Shown here: one piece after another, positions 56,645-64,000 of the stretch | How the letters are laid out: each line of letters begins with the position of its first letter | Position numbering within the stretch: position 1 is the stretch's first letter | NCBI GenBank assembly: GCA_019828565.1 | Contig: JAHDYR010000033.1 | Span: 62,001 to 126,000, forward strand | Direction: 5' to 3' | Length of the DNA stretch: 64,000 nucleotides | DNA from: Carpediemonas membranifera BICM | Taxonomy: Eukaryota; Protista; Fornicata | Made by a program: the position numbers and the translations under genes | Notes under the pieces: model-generated | Told to the model about the DNA's origin: nothing | Database searches by the model: none | Seen by the model: only the letters and a program-made list of their open reading frames with translations

Positions 56645-57019
56645 TGTATACTGACTATATACCACCGTAGTATGGCCTGCTTTCTGGGGGACAGCTTCAT
56701 TCTTTTGATTGGTTGATTCAGTCATTAGTTCCCGGCGACTGAGAAGGAGTTGACGCATAAAAACAACAGAGGATACTCTTTAGAACACACAGACTTTGCT
56801 GACAAGGCCACTTGGTCGTACGACCACTTTTGCCTTCGACCTTAAAATGCGAGAGGCAATTTGCTCGACCACCAATCTCGCACATGTTACATCAAGCATG
56901 GATATGTCATTAATGCACTCGCATCTATCATTTCAGCTGCTTCTTAGGACTTCGAACGCCCTGAAGCACAAATAAGGAATTTGCGTTTATCCTCCGTATA
57001 TCCCCGGATTAACTGGCCA

Positions 57020-60000
57020 TTCTAACAGTATGATGCCACGCGGTCTGGCGCGCTTGGATCTGTCGAGTCTTCAGACATGCCGGACAGGTCCGAACGAAGG
57101 CGTCGATGTAGGGGTCAATGGTCTCGCGTTGAGCTTGTCGGTTGAAATCATTTACAGTAAACCGCAGCGGGGTAAAAGTGGTCAAAACTGGACGGAGCAG
57201 TTTATAGACCGGTGACACTACCTCCCTTTTTGATGAGAAAACCCCCAACCTGCAAGGAACGGGGGAAAAAGATGGTTAGTAGAGTTTCAGGTTCTTCCTC
57301 GCCTTACGGGCCAACCTCTTCATCTCCTCGAGGTGTTTCACTCCCGAGAGTGGTTCTTCCGTTATGTTTTCGAATCCTACCCACTTGATGGCGGCTGTCA
57401 CTTCTTTCCAGTCTACCGATACTACTCGCTCTACCTCCCATTTTTTCTGGTCGAAGCTTGCAAGTTGAAGCATCATCGTGTCCGTTACGGCATCCGTGTC
57501 GAACATCATGAGTTTTTCAATGTGGGTTGATCTGGTCGATCCGTCGAGTATCGACTGCAGGACTATTCTGTTATTATCAAGTACATCGTGTACCTTCCAT
57601 GGGCCCCTGTTGCGCGCGTCTAGCTTCTGAGGGGCCTCATCTTTCCAGAGGACGTAGTCACCCGGCTTCAGTTCGGTGTTGACTATTGTCTTTTGGCCCG
57701 GGTTCACACTCTCTCTGGCAGTGGTCTCCAGGGCGTTAAGGGCCAGCTCCAGGTCCTTTTTGAACTCTGGGAAATCTCTGATCGGAGAGTTGTTGTCGTT
57801 CGTCCACCAGCTTGTAAACATGTTGTGCTCATGGCCAAATATCAGCTCGTGCGGGGAGAACTTCGTGGCCGTATGTGTCGTGCCGTTGATAATCATCTGG
57901 ACCGTCGGTAGGAGTCCGCACCACTGGTCTTTGTAGGCTATTGCCAGGACAAGCCACCGTAGGTGTCTTCCAATCTCCGCATTCCTTCTCTCCACGAGAC
58001 CATTGCTCTGTGGATGAAACGGGATGGTGAAGTGGTGTGCGACTTTCAATGACGTTGTGAGTTGTTCAACTATCGAGTTCGCGTACTCCGGGCCGCCGTC
58101 GGACAGAATCTCCGCCGGTATCCCGTGTCGCGTGAAAACGTGGTCCCATAGGGCCCTGGCGGAGGTCTCGGCGTCGATCGATGCGACTGCGACGAGCTCG
58201 GTGTATCTTGTAAACATGTCTACAGCCACAATGATGTAGCGAGCGCCCAGCGAATCCGTTGGGAGAGGGCCAATTGTGTCGACTGCCACTGTCTCCCATG
58301 GTCTGGTGCGTCTTGTCTGGCCCTTTTGGGCGATAAAGTAGTCCTTGATGCGAGTCTTCAGACAAATGGGGCACGTCTTGATGTGCTTTTTGACGTCCAA
58401 GAGCATCCCCGGCCAAAATGCAGACGTGGCGAGTGCTTGGAACGTTGAATTTGCTCCCGTATGAAATTGGTGAGCGGTCCGAAGGGCCTTGTCGCGTGTC
58501 TCTCCCTTGGGGATAATCGGCACTCCGTCCTTGAAGTAGATCGAGTTTTCGATGGATACTCCCTCTAGTTTCTCCCAGCCGACTCGAGTTGACTCAGGTG
58601 CCATGGCCTGGGCAGCCTGGATCAACTCAAGGGTCAGCCCTGGGCCGGCGTCCTCCGCCTCTAGCAGGTTCAGCTGCGGCCCGAGGTCCCCCTCGGGGAA
58701 GGATACGCGACAGCATGTCTGCCATCTTGTTTGTCTCTCCAGCAATATGCTCGATCGTAATGTTGTAGTCCGACAAGACAGACGTCCACCGGAGGAGTTT
58801 CTTGGAAAGCTCCTTCCTCTGCATGAGATATACCAGATTCTGGTGGTCGGTGCGGATCTGTATGTTGTCCTTGAGGCGGAAAAGTTGAGCCATGTCAGGT
58901 CTCGTGAGACAAAAGATGATAGCATGAAGCTCTTGTTCGTAGGTCGGCCACCTAGTCTGGGTTGGCGTATGACACTTTGCGAAGAGCGAGACGATCTCTC
59001 GGTTGCCGGAGTCGTCTTCTTGGAACAGAATGCCCCCTAGTCCGTCGTTCGACGCGTCCGTCTCGAGGGTCCACTTCTTTGAGAAGTCGGGGAAATGGAG
59101 GACTGTGTCTGAGCTGAGTCTCTCCTTGAACGTTGTAAACGCCTCTTCTTGTTTGGGGGTTCCAAGTTATGTTCTTTGAGTTCTCCTGTGCCGTTAGCAT
59201 CTCGTTGAGAGGTTTGAGGATTCGTGATGAGTCCGGGACGAACTGGGCGACATAGTTGAATGATCCCAGTGTCCTCTGAAGCTCCTTTGCGGTGGACGGG
59301 AGCGGTATGGCGTTTACCGCCTCTACCTTCTCTGGGGCAAGTTGTTTCCCCTTCTCCGAGACAATATACCCGACGGCCTCGACGTGGGCTGAGCCTATCG
59401 TGCACTTCGGGCCTTTATGGCGCAGTGAATAATGTCTACAGATCCTGAAGACGGTTTTGATCAGGGTGAGAAACTGGGCCTCGGTCTTGGCGTAAATCAA
59501 GATGTCGTCAAGATAGATGTCCACCCCTTTGTGGAGGACCTCGGCGAACGCCTTCTGCATGGCGCGTTGGAATCTCGCCGGGGCGTTCATCAGGCCGAAT
59601 GGACATCTGGTGAACTCGCAGTATGCGTCTGGAGTGACAAAAGCGGTTTTGGGGATATCTTCCTCGTGCATCCGCATCTGGTAGTAGCCTTGTCTGAGGT
59701 CTAGGCCTGCAAAGTATTTGCAGCCTGATGCTCGGTCTACAAACTCGCGCGTGTTAGGCAGGGGGAAGTTATCCCTCACTGTCTTGGAGTTTAACTCCTT
59801 GTAGTCAATGCAAAGACGGATCTTGGTCGATCCTTTGTGGCCCTGCCTGACTACTACGATCGGCGAGCTGTACGGCCCAGTCGAGTCCTGGATTATCCCG
59901 TCTCGCCTGAGTTGTTCTAGCTCTGTCGACACCAGGCCTTGGGTCACTGGGTCGAGTCTGCGAGCGCGGCATTGTACAATTGCCCGCTCGTCTATCAGTT

Positions 60001-63000
60001 CAATCGACATGGGTTCCAGTCGAGACCCTTCCTTGGGTAGTTCTTCCTCGAAGATATCGTCAAATGAGTTGATTATCTCGAGAATCTCGGGTCGGATCTT
60101 CGACTCCGGGACGTGGACACCACAGTAGTCGTCGGTTATCGCCATGTTTGCGTCCTCCGTGAGATATTCATGGTAGAACGGCAGCCAGTCCTCGTCCTCC
60201 CTCAATTGAGGAGAGCTTGTGCAGGTTAAGGTTGAGTGTGCCATCGCCAATGAGTGCGAGTGACCTCAGCAAGTCACACCCGATGAGAGCCTTGAAGAAC
60301 TCACCGGGGAGTACGTAGTACTTCCATGTAACCTCCAACGGTGTGACACCTAGTGCTGGGAATGCTGCCTTAAATGTGACTGCTTGATCTGTCACGAGGG
60401 AGCGTCCGTCTCCTAGCGTGACCTTGATCTTTTCCTCGAGAGAGGTCTGCACTGTGTCCTTGGGTAGGGTACGTAGTGCCTTCGAACTAATGAAGCTTCG
60501 GCTTGCACCAGTGTCTACAACGAACGAGTAAGTTTTGCCTTTTACAGTAGCGGGGGTCGTCAGTGGACCCTTCCCGCCCTTCTCGTTAGTCGACGCGCTG
60601 TCGGCGTTGTTGTTCTCGCTGTAGCGGGGGTGCTTATCGCATCTGAAGTCCATGTGGGGACCGCCACAGAAACGACAGGGGCGCGACGGCTTCTTGGGTC
60701 CGTCGGCCGGCGGGCGCTTGGCCGTGTCCGGGCGGTACTGGGCCTTCCTGGCCTGGGCCGGGGCCTTGGGTCCGCCGGCCGGGGTTTGCGAGAGGGGTTG
60801 ATCATGGTCATACGCCCTAGCAGCCCTAAGAGCCACCGCTACGGTGTCCTCGAAGGTCTTGACGTTGTGGAGAGCAAGCAAGGTCTGTGCCTTCTTGCGG
60901 AATGCTGTCGGGTTCAGGGACTCCCTGAAGAGCCGTGCAGCCAGCTTATCAAAGCTTGCGAGCAGTTCGTCGGCATTGGGGTTGTCGTCGATGGGGTCCA
61001 AGAACCCTTCTGGGTCTGGCGTCTTGGAGTAGAGCTCGATGCGCTTGCGGAATGCTGCCGCTTGTAGTCTCGTGCCAGCTTCGAAGTTGCGTGCGGTGCT
61101 CGGCACCATGGGGAAACGAAGGTCTTGGAGCTCTTCGACGAGTGCTAGGATGGAGTGGGGAAGGAGCCGCTGGCGACACCATTCGGTGAAGTTCTTGAGA
61201 GTGTAGTTCTTGTCGGATGTGTCTATGCCTTCGGCCTTGAGTTCGAGGGCAAATGACTCCTCAATGAGGACGGACAGTGGGATGCTTGGGTTTTGTATAG
61301 TAAAAATCGTTGCTCGGCGCTCAAACTCCTCAAGAGTCTCTAGTGTTAGATTTGAAGGAGAAAGCTCAGGAATTTGAACAGTTAACGACATCAGCACAGC
61401 TAATACTAGTATTGTCGGTTGAAATCATTTACAGTAAACCGCAGCGGGGTAAAAGTGGTCAAAACTGGACGGAGCAGTTTATAGACCGGTGACAAGCTGG
61501 CGTTGCCAGCCTGCGGATGATTCTGGCTGATGGGTGGCCGGCGGATCCTCCATGAAGGGTCCGGAGGATGGCGCGGGCGTCTTCTGGTATGTCGTCAGTG
61601 GTCAGGAAGCAGCAGCGACTAAGAGCGTCTGCTACAGCGTTGTCCTCCCCTGCCACATGTGATATCTCCGCGGGGAACTGCTGGAGGGTGATCCTCCAGC
61701 GCATTACCTTCGGTGAGCAGTCCGAGCGCTTCATGAGGTAGACGATATTGCGATGGTCCGTGTGGACGTGTAGGTCCGTGGCCATGGTGAACAGGGGCTG
61801 CATGTCTGATCTGGTGAGTGCACTAAGGATACCATACAGTTCCTTATCATAGGTGCACCAGCGGCGTTGCACATCAGTTAGTCTCTTGGAGAATAACGTG
61901 ACGGGCTGATGTTGGCCGTCCGCAGCGATCTGGTATAGAATACCGCCGACCGCGTTGTCGGACGCGTCTGTATAGAGATGCCAGGGTAGACCCGGGTCCG
62001 GCTGGGTGAGGGTGATGGCCTCCGCTGTGGCCTCCTTGAGGCTCTGGAGGGCCTGTTCTTGTGGATCACCCCACTCCTCGGCCTTGATTGCGTCATAGAG
62101 CGGGCCAAGAAGCTCCTGTGCGCGCGGAAGGTGCTCAGCGATGTAATTGAACATGCCAGCGATGCGTCGCATGTCCTTGACAGAGGTGGGAGATGTGATG
62201 TCGTTGAGGGCCTTGGCTCTCTCGGGGTCCACGCTGCGACCTTGCTCCGAGATGTCGAAGCCGACGACCTTGACCTTACGGGAGGCGAACTTGCACTTCG
62301 CGAGGTTAAGTCTCAAGTCATGGCGATCGAGTAGCACTAAGGTGTGCTCTAGCGTCTGGAGGAATTCCTCCTGTGTCTTTGCGTGGATGAGGATGTCATC
62401 AATGTAGACCATAACACCCTTGTGAAGCACGGGTGCGAGGACTCCTTGCATGACTCTTTGGAAGTGAGACGGCGCATTTGCTAGGCCGAATGGCACCCGC
62501 ACGAACTCGTCATACGCGTCTGGGGTGATCATAGCCGTCTTGCGGACGTCGTCCGGGTGGACTGGGACTTGATGATACCCGGACGTGAGGTCCAGCGCCG
62601 CGAAGAAGCGTGAGCCGGATGCTTCCCGTACAAACGACTTCAAGTCGGGGAGGGGGAAGTGGTCCTTGACTGTGATCCTATTGAGAGCTGTATAGTCAAT
62701 ACACAGTCTGATGGCGCCGGATGCCTTGTCTACGACGACAATGGGAGAGGCAAACGGTCCCTGTGAGGCCCGTGTGATACCTGCCGATCGCAGGCGCTGC
62801 AGCTCTTCTCTGACTTGCTCACGGCGTCTGGGATTGAGGCGGCGGGGCTTGGCTTGCACGAGGTGCTGTTCGTCCACTAGCGGGATGCGCATGGCGGGCA
62901 CCTTGGCTCCTCCGGGCGCCAGGCCGTCAAAAACGTGAGGGTGCTGCACCAATATCGCTGTGATCGGTTGCTTAAGCTCCTCGATCTCAATGTTGGGCTG

Positions 63001-64000
63001 TACGTCGTCGGCCAGCAGTAATTCTTCTGCTGGTCTGAAAGGAATATCGTCCCCTTCGTCTGCTGCGGTTTCTTTCACGAGCTTAACAAAAAGGCCATCG
63101 GAAGTGAGGCATCCGAGGCTTCTCAGAATATCGCAGCCTATGAGGATCAGGGGGTTTTCCCTGGTATGATGTCGAGGTTGGCAGTGAAGCGGGTCTCGTG
63201 GCCAGCTAGGGCCACTCGGAGGTCCGCGGAGGTCCGGCCATTAGCGGTGGCCACTGACTGGTCTGCCAGTAAATAATGCCGCGTAGGGCCCGTTGAATGG
63301 GGTAGGGCGAGATCCTTTGCTAGTCCCTCCGAAACTCCTGAACGTCTGGCGCATGAATCAATGTGGAACACGTACTCTTGGCCATTTATATGGCCCGTAG
63401 TCTTGAGCACGTCGTCCTCGGTGTCGATCTCGGCATCGTCAAGGATCATGGCCTCGAACGGGGTCTTGGCCTTGAGCTCAGATTTGGCTCTGAGGCCGCC
63501 GCCCGACTCCCTGGAGCGTGTCTTCTCTGAACGGGGACACTCGTTCCGCCAGTGATTGCCCTGGCAGATGGGGCAAGGGGTCTTCGGGGGCCTGTTGGTC
63601 GGATGGATGTCGTTCGGACGCGGCTTGGAGGTGGGAGCCGCTTCCTTGGCCTTGATGGGGAGGGCCTGCTTGGTGCTGGAGGATTCGTCAGTGTCGGGGT
63701 CGCTGTTGGCCTTGGTTCTGGCCTTCTTGGTGCGCACTAGATCGTAGCCGTAGCGCGTCATGTCCAGGCGAAGCTGGTCTTCAACCCGGGCGGCCTCGGT
63801 GATGAGTTTGTACACGTCCTCGAGCTTGGTTGGCTTTCGGAGGTCATACTCCGTGCGGACGACACGTTGGAAAGCGTCAGGTGCCAGATGGGAGAGGCAC
63901 AGCTTGGTGTCTTTTTCGATGACGGTATCGTCGTCGCGGGAGAGGTTCTCCTCTTCGGAGAATGTGCCCTTTGTGTAGAGCTGGAAGATGTCCTGGAATG
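57020..64000 (-). mobile_element. Ty3/Gypsy element D, 3'-truncated within the integrase, split by C, continuing past the window end
   Basis: Gag knuckle CPICQGNHWRNEC, protease IDSCA, RT YIDD, RNase H TDAS; the integrase HHCC motif rejoins across C (HGGSAGH..ATPA|QRETID..CPAC). Confidence 0.88.
57136..61494 (-). mobile_element. Ty3/Gypsy chromovirus-like LTR retrotransposon C (82-bp LTRs)
   Basis: Identical LTRs 57136-57217 and 61413-61494, TSD AGCT, PPT AAAAAGGGAGGTAG; gag from ATG 61391, VDTGA, YLDD, integrase and chromodomain (KWEVERVV..IKWVG), with frameshifts. Confidence 0.95.

Noticed and set aside
56813-56826. 14-bp palindrome TGGTCGTACGACCA as another palindromic PBS
   Set aside because: No adjacent LTR or gag start.
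33116-63815. Multiple frameshifts in Gypsy pol genes as programmed recoding
   Set aside because: They fall inside RT, RNase H and integrase, often at homopolymers, despite identical LTRs; long-read indel errors or decay are more likely. The same caveat applies to the island genes.
1-64000. tRNA or rRNA genes
   Set aside because: No cloverleaf or rRNA-like segment recognised by eye; tRNAscan-SE or Infernal would be needed to exclude them.

Overview
Gene-dense, GC-rich eukaryotic protist DNA, most likely a fornicate metamonad (Carpediemonas-like; inferred from 28-35 nt GT-AG introns ending CTCAC(A/G/C)CAG, a Giardia-type (A)GTRAA motif at stop codons, an SF-assemblin/beta-giardin gene and flagellar genes). 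The left half (1-31 kb) holds host genes: a FlK-like thioesterase 3' end, RPS18, an SLC25 carrier, SF-assemblin, TMEM67, VPS50, an FG-GAP surface protein, an eIF4E-like protein, TAF5, a CEP131-like coiled coil, TCTP, PCYT2, HSBP1 and a CatSper2-like channel, with retroelement debris between them. The right half is a nest of mobile DNA: a LINE split by chromodomain Ty3/Gypsy element A, itself split by B; a ~12 kb lower-GC island (two RAG1/Transib-like transposases, a PHD-finger gene, a degenerate tyrosine recombinase, a CDC7-like kinase); and Gypsy C inside Gypsy D. Headline observations: (1) two small TG..CA elements at 7425-9192 and 10509-11353, with 5-bp TSDs, ~42-bp LTR-like repeats and Gypsy-type polypurine tracts, carry Fanzor1 (TnpB-like RNA-guided nuclease) fragments antisense; the second ends in an omega-RNA-like stem that closes exactly at the element end. 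(2) The Gypsy elements have very short LTRs (53, 82, 125 bp) and a perfect 12-14 bp palindrome instead of a tRNA primer-binding site. (3) The RAG1/Transib-like pair shares a conserved 51-nt 3' hairpin and flanks a PHD-finger gene. All protein family calls come from motif recognition by eye, not from database searches.
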